From an uncultured bacterium (GTDB lineage: Bacteria > Patescibacteriota > Minisyncoccia > UBA6257 > GWB1-50-10), in NCBI GenBank assembly GCA_903827975.1, contig CAIKKG010000027.1, forward strand, positions 5,403 through 69,402: a stretch of DNA of 64,000 nucleotides, in the 5' to 3' direction. The stretch's first letter is position 1. Every line of letters starts with the position of its first letter. The notes under the pieces are model-generated. The model saw nothing but the letters and a program-made list of their open reading frames with translations, ran no database searches and was not told where the DNA came from. The translations under genes were made by a program, and so were the position numbers. Shown here piece after piece: positions 45,671-56,813 of this stretch.

Positions 45671-46111
45671 ATGATAAAAATAATTGATGGTGGTTTGGCC
45701 GCTGATGATAGAGGTGTTCTTTCATTCGCGAATGAGTTTGGTTTTGAGGGGGTTAAGCGATTTTATATGGTTGAAAATTTTTCAACCGATGTAATAAGGG
45801 CGTGGCACGGGCATCTAAAAGAGGCCAAATATGTAATGGTTGTTTCTGGGTCTGCCATTGTTGCAGGGGTCCAGATGAGTGATTCCCAAGCCCCAGATAA
45901 AAACGCAAAAGTTGAAAGGTTTGTGTTGTCTGCAAGAAAGCCAAACGTTATTTTCATTCCTGCTGGCTATGCAAATGGATTCAGACCACTCGAAAATGGA
46001 ACAAAAATAATATATCTTTCTACGTCAACCCTTGAAGAATCTAAGGGTGATGATTATAGGTTTCCAGCTGATTATTGGGGTGAAAAGGTTTGGCAAGTAG
46101 AAAATAGATAA
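45671..46111 (+). CDS. FdtA/WxcM-like cupin sugar 3,4-ketoisomerase
   Basis: Motifs RAWHGH and FIPAGYANGF. Start moved to MIKIIDGG to avoid overlap. Confidence 0.5.
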   Translation: MIKIIDGGLAADDRGVLSFANEFGFEGVKRFYMVENFSTDVIRAWHGHLKEAKYVMVVSGSAIVAGVQMSDSQAPDKNAKVERFVLSARKPNVIFIPAGYANGFRPLENGTKIIYLSTSTLEESKGDDYRFPADYWGEKVWQVENR

Positions 46112-46113
46112 CC

Positions 46114-46995
46114 ATGAATAAAAAAATATTATTGTTAGGTTCGACTGGCATGCTTGGAAATGCAGTTTACGCGGTTCTTAAGGATAAGTATTCACTTGTT
46201 CTTACTGCCCGCTCTAAGGATAAGTTGGATTTATTAGAAAAAGCGCATGGTGGCACAGCGGCACATTCATTTGTTGAATTTGATGCGCTTAAGATTTATG
46301 ATGATTATTTGGCAAAGAAGGGTTACCGTGGAGAATACCTAACCAATTTTTTGAAAGATATTGGGGAGGTTGATTATGTGATAAATGCAATAGGCGTAAC
46401 CATTCCTTATGCGATGGAAAATCCTGCAGGCACATTTTTCATTAATGGGGCGTTGCCTCATATTTTGGCAAATGTATTTGGGGAAAAATTAATTCACATC
46501 ACGACCGACTGTGTATATAACGGCAAGGAGGGATTTCCATATGATGAGAACTCCCCTAAAACTCCTATGGATATTTATGGACTTTCGAAAAGTCTTGGGG
46601 AGCCACTAAATTGTCTTACAATTAGAACCTCAATTATTGGAAGAGAGGTTGAGGGATTTTCCAGTCTTCTCGAATGGTTTTTAGCTCAAAAAGGTAAGGA
46701 GGTGAATGGGTTTGCGAAGCATTTTTGGAATGGAGTCACAACAAAAGAATTTGGAAAGATTTGTGACAAGATAATTTCAAATCCTGAACGATATCCAAAG
46801 AAAGGTATTTATCATGTTTTTTCTAACTCTGTTTCTAAATTTCATATGGTTACGAAATTTGAAGAGAAATTTAAAATTGGGTGTACGATAAAAGAAGAGA
46901 CCACCAATGAATTAAATCGCACCATGGGTACGGTAAAAGAATTGAATGGTCTTTTAGGTGTTCCAAGTTTTGATGAAATGATTGATGATTTATAG
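46114..46995 (+). CDS. RmlD-like NAD(P)-dependent sugar reductase/epimerase
   Basis: LLLGSTGMLGNAV Rossmann fold. Confidence 0.6.
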   Translation: MNKKILLLGSTGMLGNAVYAVLKDKYSLVLTARSKDKLDLLEKAHGGTAAHSFVEFDALKIYDDYLAKKGYRGEYLTNFLKDIGEVDYVINAIGVTIPYAMENPAGTFFINGALPHILANVFGEKLIHITTDCVYNGKEGFPYDENSPKTPMDIYGLSKSLGEPLNCLTIRTSIIGREVEGFSSLLEWFLAQKGKEVNGFAKHFWNGVTTKEFGKICDKIISNPERYPKKGIYHVFSNSVSKFHMVTKFEEKFKIGCTIKEETTNELNRTMGTVKELNGLLGVPSFDEMIDDL

Positions 46996-47003
46996 ACCTG
47001 ACC

Positions 47004-48218
47004 ATGGAAAAGTTTAAACTTGTTACATTTTTAGGAATTCGACCCGATTATATTCGGATGTTCAAGATCATTAAATTGCTTGACGAGGGTCAGGAGAAAC
47101 ACAGCTATGAGCATATCTTGGTTCATTCTGGACAGCATTACGACCCCGAACTATTCGGAAATTTTTTGGAAGAATTTAATATTAGAAAACCAGACATTGA
47201 TTTGGGTGTTGGATTAACTTTGAAAGAGAGGGGAGTTTCAAATCATGCATATCAATCAGCACTTCTTTCTGAGCGAACATTCGATATGTTAGAAAAGGTA
47301 AAGCCAAGTGCAGTTTTATATTTGGGAGATACAAATACGGTTCTTTCTTCTGTGGTTGTTGCAAGGTCTGGCTATCCGGTTATTCACGTAGAGGCTGGTG
47401 GTAGAAGCTATGATTGGCGTATGCCTGAGGAAAAAAATAGGATTGTTATTGATCATTTATCTGATGCTCTTTACAGCTACTTACCAAGATATAAAGATAT
47501 TCTCGTTGGCGAGGGTGTAGAAGATTTTCGTATTAAGGTTGTTGGTAATGTAATTGTTGACGCTATAAACGAATACATGGATAAGGTTGATGCGAGCGAT
47601 ATTGTTAATACGCTTGGTGTGATAAATAAAGAATTTATTCTAGTCACTTTGCATAGAGAGGAAAATACAACAAATAAGGAAATTTTTGAAAATAAGTTAA
47701 CCGATATTCTTAGATTTGCTAAAGATAAAAATTTGAAAATAGTATTTCCTGTTATGCCAAGAGTCGCCGCTGCAATAGAGAGGTTTGGGCTGGTGAACCT
47801 ACTCGACAATCCCATTTTTATAAAAACAAAACCACTTGGATTCTTTGATTTCCTAAATTTAGAAAAGAATGCACGACTCATTGTGTCTGACAGTGGAACA
47901 GTTCAAGAGGAGGCACTTATTGTTGGAACACCTTGTGTTATTGCACGTCGTTCGACCGAGCGACCTGAAACTATTAATGTTGGTGCCACTATTCTTGAGG
48001 GTATTGAGGGTCCAAACACGCTTTATGAAAAAATTGGAGAAGCTTTTGATATGAAAATAGGTTGGGATAAAACTATTTTGAATCCCGATGGCGGCAGTCC
48101 AAGTGAGAGGGTGTGTGAAGATATTTTTGCAAAAATTAAGTCGGGGTATTTTTACACGTCTCGAGAGTTTGAGATTATTAAATCAAAAGAAAGCGTGCGA
48201 CAAGCTTATCACAAATGA
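47004..48218 (+). CDS. wecB: UDP-N-acetylglucosamine 2-epimerase
   Basis: Motifs HVEAGGRS and SDSGTVQEEA. Confidence 0.75.
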   Translation: MEKFKLVTFLGIRPDYIRMFKIIKLLDEGQEKHSYEHILVHSGQHYDPELFGNFLEEFNIRKPDIDLGVGLTLKERGVSNHAYQSALLSERTFDMLEKVKPSAVLYLGDTNTVLSSVVVARSGYPVIHVEAGGRSYDWRMPEEKNRIVIDHLSDALYSYLPRYKDILVGEGVEDFRIKVVGNVIVDAINEYMDKVDASDIVNTLGVINKEFILVTLHREENTTNKEIFENKLTDILRFAKDKNLKIVFPVMPRVAAAIERFGLVNLLDNPIFIKTKPLGFFDFLNLEKNARLIVSDSGTVQEEALIVGTPCVIARRSTERPETINVGATILEGIEGPNTLYEKIGEAFDMKIGWDKTILNPDGGSPSERVCEDIFAKIKSGYFYTSREFEIIKSKESVRQAYHK

Positions 48219-49051
48219 GAAATTTAATACGAAAAATGGTTAAGAATATCATCGTGTCCCTTCCTTACTTGGCGCAGGCTTTTTTAAGTAATGTGCGTAC
48301 TAGTATAAAACTATTGTTCGATAAGGGAATAAGCCCAAATGTATCCAATCAGTCGCCAATACCCAAGGTGACTGTGATTTGCTTAATTTATAAGTCAACG
48401 GGTTATGCCGATTTTGTTTATAAATCTTTCATAAAACACACAAAAGACGCAGAGTTTCTTTTTGTGGCAAACGATGCGACTGAGAAGGTTAAGGAATATC
48501 TAAAGTCTAATAATTTACCACATGTCATTTTTGACAACGAAGACCCTACAGAACACTATCTAAAGCGTGTTTATAGAGCTTATAATTATGGAGTTTCCAT
48601 TGCTCGTGGTGATGTGGTTGTTTTGGTTAATTCTGATATGGCTTTTTCCGATGGTTGGTTAGATAGTCTGGTGAAAAATCTAGATAGAAACAGAATTGTT
48701 TGTTCAAGATTTGTGGAATCAGGCAAGTTGTTGGGCGGCAGACTTGCGATTGTTAAGAATTTTGGTATGTCATATAAGGATTTTAACGATGAGGCATTCC
48801 AGAATTATATAAAAAATAAAAGAAGGCCCGAACTTCACTACGGCGGACAATTTATGCCATGCGCCATTTATAAGGACGTGTTTATGCAAAGCGGTGGGTA
48901 TCCAATAGGAAATCGAAAAGAGGATGATGGTACCGAAACACCAGGCGATATAATTTATTTTTACGAAGTATTGAAACCGATGGGAATTATTCAATACACT
49001 GATTTTAATAGCATTATATATCATATTCAGGAAGGTGAGTTAGATGAATAA
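48215..49051 (+). CDS. putative glycosyltransferase (GT2-like)
   Basis: VTVICLIYKS...VNSDMAF pattern. Confidence 0.35.
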   Translation: MRNLIRKMVKNIIVSLPYLAQAFLSNVRTSIKLLFDKGISPNVSNQSPIPKVTVICLIYKSTGYADFVYKSFIKHTKDAEFLFVANDATEKVKEYLKSNNLPHVIFDNEDPTEHYLKRVYRAYNYGVSIARGDVVVLVNSDMAFSDGWLDSLVKNLDRNRIVCSRFVESGKLLGGRLAIVKNFGMSYKDFNDEAFQNYIKNKRRPELHYGGQFMPCAIYKDVFMQSGGYPIGNRKEDDGTETPGDIIYFYEVLKPMGIIQYTDFNSIIYHIQEGELDE

Positions 49052-49059
49052 ATATAATA

Positions 49060-49707
49060 TTGGTATTATATAAAAAAATGAAAAAACTTATTATAGCCCC
49101 ACACATAGATGATGAAGTTCTTGGATGTACAAGCGTGTTAGATAAAGATGCTTTTGTATATTATTGCGGCATTGACGAGAGTAAATTACCATCGGATCCA
49201 GGTCATAGAATTCCAATTGATGAAAGGGTGAAGGAAGTTGAGAAAGTGGCAGCTTTTTTGGGTTTTCAATACAAAATTAACTTTGAAACTAAAGTAAATT
49301 TTTATGTTGAGCAGGAATTAATTGGCGCACTCGAGAATCTTATTAATGAAATCAAGCCTGAGTATATCTATTTACCTCATTTCGGATACAACCAAGATCA
49401 TAGAACCGTATTTAGTGCTGCGCAGGTTGCCTTGCGACCACATGACAAAAACTTTTTTATAAAGAAAGTTTTGGTCTATGAGGCCATTCATGATTTTGCA
49501 TGGTCTTATGATGAGTTGCGTGTAAATTGTTTTGTACCGTTAGATTTGGATAGGAAAATAAAAGCTAACGCCCTGCACGCATCCCAAGTAAGGGGCATGA
49601 GAAGTCCCGAAACCCTTGAGACTCTTGCCCGTTTACGTGGTGTAATGAATGGAATAGATTATGCCGAAGCTTTTAAAATTTTACGATGGGTTGAGAGTCA
49701 CAATTAA
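49060..49707 (+). CDS. PIG-L/LmbE family N-acetylglucosaminyl deacetylase
   Basis: IIAPHIDDEVLG motif. Confidence 0.65.
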   Translation: MVLYKKMKKLIIAPHIDDEVLGCTSVLDKDAFVYYCGIDESKLPSDPGHRIPIDERVKEVEKVAAFLGFQYKINFETKVNFYVEQELIGALENLINEIKPEYIYLPHFGYNQDHRTVFSAAQVALRPHDKNFFIKKVLVYEAIHDFAWSYDELRVNCFVPLDLDRKIKANALHASQVRGMRSPETLETLARLRGVMNGIDYAEAFKILRWVESHN

Positions 49708-49790
49708 TCAACATTTTTTGAACTTAGTTTTGACTAACGAAAAGTGCTATGATACTTTGCGTAGAGTAACTTATAAAGAGGAAACGAGCT

Positions 49791-50675
49791 ATGGTAGAGA
49801 AAAAAAAGATAGCATTTGTATTGTATCGAGCGTGGGCATATGAAATTTATCAGGAGATTTTGGCCTTTCAAAAAGAAAACCCCAACTTTCTTATTCCAGC
49901 GCTCATTACCACTCCATCCGCAGAGTTTAGTTTTAGTGAATCAAACTCACATATTTATGTGGTGGAGGGCAATGATGGGAATAGTATTGATAAAATATTA
50001 GCCGAGAATGATATAGATGTTGTTTTTTATTATGGGTGGTCTTGGATTGTAAAAGAGCCAACCCTATCCCGATATCTTTGTATGTGTTTGCATCCGTCAC
50101 CACTTCCTAAATACCGCGGTGGCTCACCGATTCAAAATCAGATTATTGCCGGAGAAGTAATATCTGCGGTGTCCGTGTTTAAGATGGGAGTTGGTATTGA
50201 TGATGGGGATGTATATGCACAGGCGTCGATTTCGCTTGAAGGAAGTCTCACAGACATCTTGGGACGCGTCGCAATCACCGGCACAAGAATTACAAAGAGG
50301 TTTATAGAAGATCTCTTAAGTAGTGATCTGGTTTTTATTCCCCAGAACAGCCTTAAGGATAGCCCTCCCCATAAACGGAGAAAGGCGAATGAAAGCGAGA
50401 TTAAATTAAAAGATCTCGCAATTACACCATATATAAAGATTTATAATATGGTGCGGGCGCTTGCCGACCCCTATCCGAATGCATTTATTGTTTTTCCTAT
50501 TAGTGGAAAAACTTTATATATTCAAGAAATTGAAAGGTGTGATGAGGTTTCTATAGATGCACTTGTAATAAATAATGGTTATCAGCAAATAACTGCTAAT
50601 ACCCAGTCGCCTATATATATATGCCTAGTTGATGGATTTGCAAGAATTACTAAATATAGAGTAGAAAAAAACTAA
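49791..50675 (+). CDS. formyltransferase-domain protein (sugar N-formyltransferase candidate)
   Basis: HPSPLPKYRGGSPIQNQII matches the formyl_trans_N catalytic region. Confidence 0.55.
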   Translation: MVEKKKIAFVLYRAWAYEIYQEILAFQKENPNFLIPALITTPSAEFSFSESNSHIYVVEGNDGNSIDKILAENDIDVVFYYGWSWIVKEPTLSRYLCMCLHPSPLPKYRGGSPIQNQIIAGEVISAVSVFKMGVGIDDGDVYAQASISLEGSLTDILGRVAITGTRITKRFIEDLLSSDLVFIPQNSLKDSPPHKRRKANESEIKLKDLAITPYIKIYNMVRALADPYPNAFIVFPISGKTLYIQEIERCDEVSIDALVINNGYQQITANTQSPIYICLVDGFARITKYRVEKN

Positions 50676-50810
50676 CCCCGCTTAATGCGGGGTTTTATTA
50701 CATTTATGGTAAATATAAACATCAACTATACAATATCTTGCTGAATAGATGGTCAGGCGATATACTACTTAAATCGTGCCCTGTAGCAATAGTGCGCGGA
50801 AAAATCAACT

Positions 50811-52013
50811 ATGCCTGGAAGCTCTGTGTTGGGAAAAGATGTCGTTTTTGACTGGCTTTCCCAAAATGAATCAAATATTAAAGACATATTGGATATTGGG
50901 CCCGGAATGGGTACTTATTTTGATTTGTATAATTCACGATTTCCAAATTCAAGTTGGGATTGTGTAGAAATTTGGGAACCATATTTATATCAGTTTTTTC
51001 TTCATAAGAAATATGAAAATATTTATAATATTGGCGCAAATGAATTCATCCCTTCAAAAAATTATGACCTTGTAATACTGGGAGATGTGTTAGAACACAT
51101 CGATAAGTCAGAGGCAATCAAATTAATAGACGCATTACGAAATTATTGTAAATATTATATTATATCTTTGCCATTGGATGCAGAAACCGGCGTTGGTGCT
51201 GGCACTGGAGACGTGGACTGGGGTAATCCATTCGAACTGCATAGAGCTAAGTGGACCTTTGATGAATTTATTAATATGCATTTTCATGATGAGTTGGTGG
51301 TCAAAAAAAAATATAAAGAATTGGCAGTATTCATTGGGGAAAGTTCTATATATCAAGAAATTAGTACAAAAGTAAGCGGCACAAAAAAATATGAATTTAG
51401 AGGAAGTGCATATAAGTTATACCATGGATACTATCTTCAATTAGCGAGTATTTTTAGGAGAATTAAGAGTAAAATAATTAAAGAGCTTCCAACAATAAAA
51501 AAATATACACCAAAATTTATTAAAACAATTATAAAGAAAGCTAGATATATTATATTTCATCCAATTATTATGATTACAAATCCAGGAAGAAGATTAAACA
51601 TTGGCGCTGGCGTGGATAAACTCCCTGGCTTTCTTCACATAGATTCAGATCCAACAACGGGGCCAGACATTGAGCGAGATATCGAAAAGGGTTTGCCGTT
51701 TGATGATAATTCGGTTGATGAAATCAAGTGTTCCCATGTTTTAGAGCATATCAAGGACTTACTTTTTGTTCTTCGGGAGTTTTACAGAGTTTCAAAAAAT
51801 GGAGCTAAGATAACTATTATAGTTCCTCTTATGGACGCGTCCGATATGACCCATATTAGATTTTTTGATGAGAATACTTTTAGAACGTTGACTGAGTCAG
51901 AATACTGGAATAAGCCATATTACTACGTAGGTAAATATAAAGAGGAGTCTAGGTCTTTTCGACAGTTGAGCACCTGTAGAGATATGACTCTAGTTTTGCG
52001 GGTTATTAAGTAA
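50811..52013 (+). CDS. two-domain class I SAM-dependent methyltransferase
   Basis: ILDIGPGMGTY and LNIGAGVDKLPG. Confidence 0.55.
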   Translation: MPGSSVLGKDVVFDWLSQNESNIKDILDIGPGMGTYFDLYNSRFPNSSWDCVEIWEPYLYQFFLHKKYENIYNIGANEFIPSKNYDLVILGDVLEHIDKSEAIKLIDALRNYCKYYIISLPLDAETGVGAGTGDVDWGNPFELHRAKWTFDEFINMHFHDELVVKKKYKELAVFIGESSIYQEISTKVSGTKKYEFRGSAYKLYHGYYLQLASIFRRIKSKIIKELPTIKKYTPKFIKTIIKKARYIIFHPIIMITNPGRRLNIGAGVDKLPGFLHIDSDPTTGPDIERDIEKGLPFDDNSVDEIKCSHVLEHIKDLLFVLREFYRVSKNGAKITIIVPLMDASDMTHIRFFDENTFRTLTESEYWNKPYYYVGKYKEESRSFRQLSTCRDMTLVLRVIK

Positions 52014-52023
52014 TCTGTGATTA

Positions 52024-52944
52024 ATGAAAACCTATCTTATTAATGAGGACATACGAGGTATTGTAAGCAATGAAGAAACTGTTTGGTCTGTATTAGCTGA
52101 AAATCTTGATGGAACGAGCGGCGTGGCTCTAAATGACTTAAAAGAAGATTTAACAGCGCTCTTGAATCGTGAAAATCCCGATGTTGTGGTTTGTAATGCA
52201 ATAATGGGAAATTTTTATACTCCAGCTCACACAAAGAGAGTCGTTTTTTTGCAGGACAATTTTTTTGTAATGCAAAAAATACTTCCATGGGACTGGAAGA
52301 GGGTTGTTAGGTCAGTGCTAAATCATTTTAAGGATCCATATGTTACCAAATATAAATTGCAAATTGATGCAATTAATAAGGCTGATAAGGTTGTCGTTGT
52401 CTCTAAAGATATAGCACGCGCTTACGGCTTAACTGATGCAGAAATTATACCCATTGGTACGGATACTAACTTGTTTAAGCCTCTGGACAATAAAGTGGAG
52501 CTTCGAAAAAAATATGGCGTTCCTTTAGAAATGAATATCAAAATATTCATTGGAAGTACTCACGCGGTAAAAGGCTTCGATATTCTAGAGAACGAAATTA
52601 GGAATGACACAAAAAGTTTTTATATCCTCGTACTAAAGGATAAATATCGACCAATGTTAAAATTTAGTAATGTAAAAGTATTTCAGAGAATTGGTCAGGG
52701 TACTCTCGCTGAGTTAATGAACTGTGCTGATCTGTGTGTTGGAAGAAGCAGGGTTGAAACACTTTGGCTCGGACCCATTGAGGCAATGTTTTGTGGTATA
52801 CCAGTCGACGTTACGCCTGTTGGGATTTTTGCTGATTGGAAGCCTGCAAATATAGACCCAAGAAAGGAAGCTTTTGAGTTAGGTTTAGATAGGGAAACAA
52901 TGATTAAACGATGGGGGTCACTTATTAGTAAAATCGTTGAGTAA
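52024..52944 (+). CDS. GT1/GT4-like glycosyltransferase
   Basis: E..W.GPIEAMFCGIPV motif. Confidence 0.45.
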   Translation: MKTYLINEDIRGIVSNEETVWSVLAENLDGTSGVALNDLKEDLTALLNRENPDVVVCNAIMGNFYTPAHTKRVVFLQDNFFVMQKILPWDWKRVVRSVLNHFKDPYVTKYKLQIDAINKADKVVVVSKDIARAYGLTDAEIIPIGTDTNLFKPLDNKVELRKKYGVPLEMNIKIFIGSTHAVKGFDILENEIRNDTKSFYILVLKDKYRPMLKFSNVKVFQRIGQGTLAELMNCADLCVGRSRVETLWLGPIEAMFCGIPVDVTPVGIFADWKPANIDPRKEAFELGLDRETMIKRWGSLISKIVE

Positions 52945-52986
52945 TGATTTTAAGCGCTTCACTTTTCCATTGGCATTTGATATCGT

Positions 52987-54057
52987 TTGGTAAAGAACAA
53001 TATATACATTATGAATGATAAAGAAATAGCTAAAGCAATTAAAGGCAAGACAATTCTTATAACCGGTGGCACTGGGTCCTTTGGAAATGCAGTTGTTGAA
53101 AAGTTGCTACCACTCGGTCCGAAGGAAATAGTAATATTTAGCCGTGACGAGAAAAAACAGTTTGATATGGCAAACAAGTTTGCCGACAAACGAGTAAGGT
53201 TTTTGATTGGAGATGTGCGTGATGCAGGTAGAGTTACTTATATCATGCAGGGGATTGATCTCGTGTTTCACGCCGCTGCCTTAAAGCAGGTTCCTAATTG
53301 TGAATTTTTTCCAATGGAGGCGGTACTTACGAATGTGGTTGGTGCTCATAATGTTATAAGTGCCGCAACTCATCATGGAGTTGAGCGCGTAGTAGTTCTT
53401 TCTACGGATAAGGCTGTTTATCCTATAAATGCTATGGGTTTAACGAAAGCACTCATGGAGCGAGTCATGATTGCTGTTTCACGTGAAAAGCGTAGCAAGA
53501 CAGTGCTATGTGGTACGCGATACGGAAATGTTATGCATACGCGTGGCTCAGTTATTCCTTACTTTGTAGAACTCATGAAGGCTGGGAAACCAATTAAGGT
53601 TACAAATGGTGACATGACGCGATTCATGATGTCACTTCCGGAGTCTGTGGATTTAGTATTATATGCGCTATCGCACGGTAAGGATGGTGAGATGTATGTG
53701 AGAAAAGCACCCGCAGCATCTATGGATAATTTAGCAAAAGCAATGGTTTCTTTGTTTAATTACAAGAATGGCATTGAAGAGGTTGGGGTTCGTTTGGGAG
53801 AAAAAACGCACGAAACGCTTGTTTCAAGTGAAGAAGCAGTACGCGCCGAAGATTGTGGAAAGTATTTTATGGTAAAACCAGCCGTTCCAGGCATGGATAT
53901 TAAAGAATTATATTTTAAGAATAATAAGAAGAATAGAATTATTCCAGTTGAGGGATACACTTCTGCAAATACTGAGCAATTGACCATTGAGGAGATTAAA
54001 AAGTTACTTCTCACACTTCCTGAAATTAGACAGGTATTAAAAGAATTTAAGAAATAG
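52987..54057 (+). CDS. UDP-GlcNAc 4,6-dehydratase (PseB/CapD family)
   Basis: KTILITGGTGSFGNAV. SDR family. Confidence 0.7.
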   Translation: MVKNNIYIMNDKEIAKAIKGKTILITGGTGSFGNAVVEKLLPLGPKEIVIFSRDEKKQFDMANKFADKRVRFLIGDVRDAGRVTYIMQGIDLVFHAAALKQVPNCEFFPMEAVLTNVVGAHNVISAATHHGVERVVVLSTDKAVYPINAMGLTKALMERVMIAVSREKRSKTVLCGTRYGNVMHTRGSVIPYFVELMKAGKPIKVTNGDMTRFMMSLPESVDLVLYALSHGKDGEMYVRKAPAASMDNLAKAMVSLFNYKNGIEEVGVRLGEKTHETLVSSEEAVRAEDCGKYFMVKPAVPGMDIKELYFKNNKKNRIIPVEGYTSANTEQLTIEEIKKLLLTLPEIRQVLKEFKK

Positions 54058-55324
54058 TAAAAAAATTATTTAGGAGAGTGGACAGAATTAGGGAATTTTT
54101 CTTGGTATCAAAATCAGATAAATATGCTTTTCCTGCATTTTCGATTAATGCGATACTTTCTTTTTTGTTTGTAACTATTGCCTCAATTGCTTGCTTTAAT
54201 TTTTCTGGATTGTGTTCTTCAACTATATAAGCACATTGCTTATTTTTCACGTATTTCACGAGAGCAGTATCGCCAGGTGCGTAGGTAAGTATCGGTTTTC
54301 CAGTGGCAAGATAGTCAGTCAATTTTCCAGGTGTCGCAGTTTGGATTATTTCGGGAGCCTTTGTATTCCAGGAAAGTGGGAGAAATAAAATATCCGCACT
54401 TGCTTGTAGTGCTGGCATTTCTTGTGGTGTCGCGGAATTTATTTTTATTTTATTGTTTTCTATAATTCCAAGTTTGGAAAGATAATCTTTTGGGCTTGGT
54501 GTGTAGATATTGAATGTAATTTCAAAATTCATCTCATTTATAGCCCCAATCATTTCTTTTATTGCTTCAATTTGTGGCCAATAGATGCGTCCTGAAAAAA
54601 GTATTGAGTATGGTGGTGCTGGGTTATACTCTACGGACGTTTTTGAAAGCTCATGTTCTTCTGGAGGAACTGAATTATGAATAACGGCAAACTTTTCGCG
54701 CACAGCTTCCCCGTATCGTTTTATGTAGAGCTCTTTCGTAGTTTCGTTAGTAACAATAATTTTAGAGGCAGAAGCTATGAGTTTTGGCTCATAGTATTTT
54801 GCCAATATGCCTCCGGGAAAAGGGAATAGGTTCCCCAAGTACAGATCATAAAGATGTATAACAAAAGGAATCTTTGTTTTCTTGTGAAGCTTATATGTTC
54901 CAATAAGTGCAGGACCAAAATCCGAAACTCCCATAAGAACCTCTATTTTCTCTTTTTTTATAACCTTTGCGCCCGCTTTTACAATCATCATAATCTGACC
55001 AAAAATTAGCAACGGTCCTAGAATAATCTTGACCAAGCCGATTCGTTTAACGAGGTGGCGCAATTTACTTATGGCGCTTCGCTGATTCGATTCCTTAGTT
55101 AGTTTAGTTCTATCTCTCTGCTCATCACTAACATTTGAATTATCATAAAAGTAATATTTTCCAGGTAACCACTCGCCATGTTTTGCGGAGTAATTATCAA
55201 TTCCATAGTAGCTGGTGAGGATAGAATATGAATCTGTTGGTAGTTGCGAGAATAGAGCATACATATTTTTGGGTCCTCCGATGGATGGCGGTGCCCACGT
55301 TGAGATGATAAGCGTTTTTTTCAT
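54047..55324 (-). CDS. family 4 glycosyltransferase
   Basis: GT-B fold, 425 aa. Confidence 0.55.
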   Translation of the reverse strand: MKKTLIISTWAPPSIGGPKNMYALFSQLPTDSYSILTSYYGIDNYSAKHGEWLPGKYYFYDNSNVSDEQRDRTKLTKESNQRSAISKLRHLVKRIGLVKIILGPLLIFGQIMMIVKAGAKVIKKEKIEVLMGVSDFGPALIGTYKLHKKTKIPFVIHLYDLYLGNLFPFPGGILAKYYEPKLIASASKIIVTNETTKELYIKRYGEAVREKFAVIHNSVPPEEHELSKTSVEYNPAPPYSILFSGRIYWPQIEAIKEMIGAINEMNFEITFNIYTPSPKDYLSKLGIIENNKIKINSATPQEMPALQASADILFLPLSWNTKAPEIIQTATPGKLTDYLATGKPILTYAPGDTALVKYVKNKQCAYIVEEHNPEKLKQAIEAIVTNKKESIALIENAGKAYLSDFDTKKNSLILSTLLNNFFTIS

Positions 55325-55325
55325 A

Positions 55326-56798
55326 TTAGAGTGCTGTTTCTTCCCGCATTTTGAATACCGTTATGATTTGTCTAAATACGTCGTCTTTGAGAGCAGTAAG
55401 AGTTAATATATATATCATTCCTGAAGTTATTATATTTAGTATTACATGAATCCCTAGAGCATTTAGCACGATAGTTACAATGCCCATTATAAGCCCTGCA
55501 ACTAAACTCTTCCAGACATATTTGGCGGTTTTAAAATTATTAATACGCTTCATTGTTCTCCAAATTATTAGAAACGCGACGCCTTGCGAAATGACTGTAG
55601 CAATTGAAGAACCCAATATACCCATTTTTGGAATAAGTAAATAATCTAGTAATGCATTTCCTAATGCCCCGAGTGTTAGGGACGTGATAAGCGTTTTTTG
55701 CTCATTGTAGGCGAATATGGAATTAATAATAATTGCGCCTGGGAATGAAAGAATGATTGTTAATAGAAGCAATGCGAACGCTGGCCCCGCGCTTACATAA
55801 TCACTTCCGAAAAGGAAAAGTAATATTGGAGAGGCAAGTATGGAGCCACCTATAAAGATTGGTATTGCCAGTGATAGTGAGAATGGAACAATTTTTTCCA
55901 TTATTTGTGACACACGCGCATCCTCCTTTTTTGCGAGGCGTGAAATAAGTGGAAATATACTCGTTGCAATCATAGTCGGTATAAGATATGCGAGACCAAC
56001 AATACGAATTGCTACGGAATACCTTCCCACATCATTAGCCCCATTTAACCAACCGATCATAACCGCGTCCGTGTTGGTTGTAATCGCTCCGAGTAATCCC
56101 ATAACCGCAAAAGGAGTTGCCTCTTTAAGTATGTGTAAAGCGTACGACGCATCAAATAAACGCCAGAAATTTCTTAGATAACCCTTTAAAAGAATAAACG
56201 AAAGTATGAATCCTATTCCCGATCCAATCATATACCCAGTCATGAGACTAAGAGCGCTCTTTTTTAGTGCTAGTGCCCCAAACCCGAATAATGTTACAGC
56301 GATACTTGTTGTCAGGTTTATAGCCGCCTCCGTTTCCATTTTTTCTTTTGCTCGTGTAATACTGAAACCGAATTCACGGAGTGCATCAAATGCGATGAGG
56401 AGTGCCGCGAGAATCATTATGTTATTAACCCCTTTAATTGCCGAAAAGAATGGAGAAATGAACGCAACAAGTACGACACTAATTCCCACAAGTATTAATT
56501 TGAGAACAAGTGAAGTGGCCAGATTTTTCTCTAATGTTTTCGGATCTTTTGCAACTTCGCGAGTAAGTATTGGGCCCATACCAACATCTGCAAAAATAGA
56601 AAAGAGAGCTGCAAGGCTTAACGCATATGAAAAAATTCCATAGTCTGTTGTGCCGAGAACCCTGGCTGCGTATATGATAATTATCGCTTTAACGACCCGA
56701 CTAGAAAATGTTCCAATACCAAGCCAGAATGTGTTTTTTGCAACAGTTTGGCTGGCGTGTTTATTTTCGAAAAGGAAGGATTTTATTTTCTTAATCAT
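55326..56798 (-). CDS. polysaccharide flippase (Wzx/MOP superfamily), copy 1
   Basis: 490 aa, about 12-14 TM. N-terminal TVAKNTFWLGIG. Confidence 0.65.
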   Translation of the reverse strand: MIKKIKSFLFENKHASQTVAKNTFWLGIGTFSSRVVKAIIIIYAARVLGTTDYGIFSYALSLAALFSIFADVGMGPILTREVAKDPKTLEKNLATSLVLKLILVGISVVLVAFISPFFSAIKGVNNIMILAALLIAFDALREFGFSITRAKEKMETEAAINLTTSIAVTLFGFGALALKKSALSLMTGYMIGSGIGFILSFILLKGYLRNFWRLFDASYALHILKEATPFAVMGLLGAITTNTDAVMIGWLNGANDVGRYSVAIRIVGLAYLIPTMIATSIFPLISRLAKKEDARVSQIMEKIVPFSLSLAIPIFIGGSILASPILLFLFGSDYVSAGPAFALLLLTIILSFPGAIIINSIFAYNEQKTLITSLTLGALGNALLDYLLIPKMGILGSSIATVISQGVAFLIIWRTMKRINNFKTAKYVWKSLVAGLIMGIVTIVLNALGIHVILNIITSGMIYILTLTALKDDVFRQIITVFKMREETAL

Positions 56799-56813
56799 TT
56801 GTGGGGTTTATGC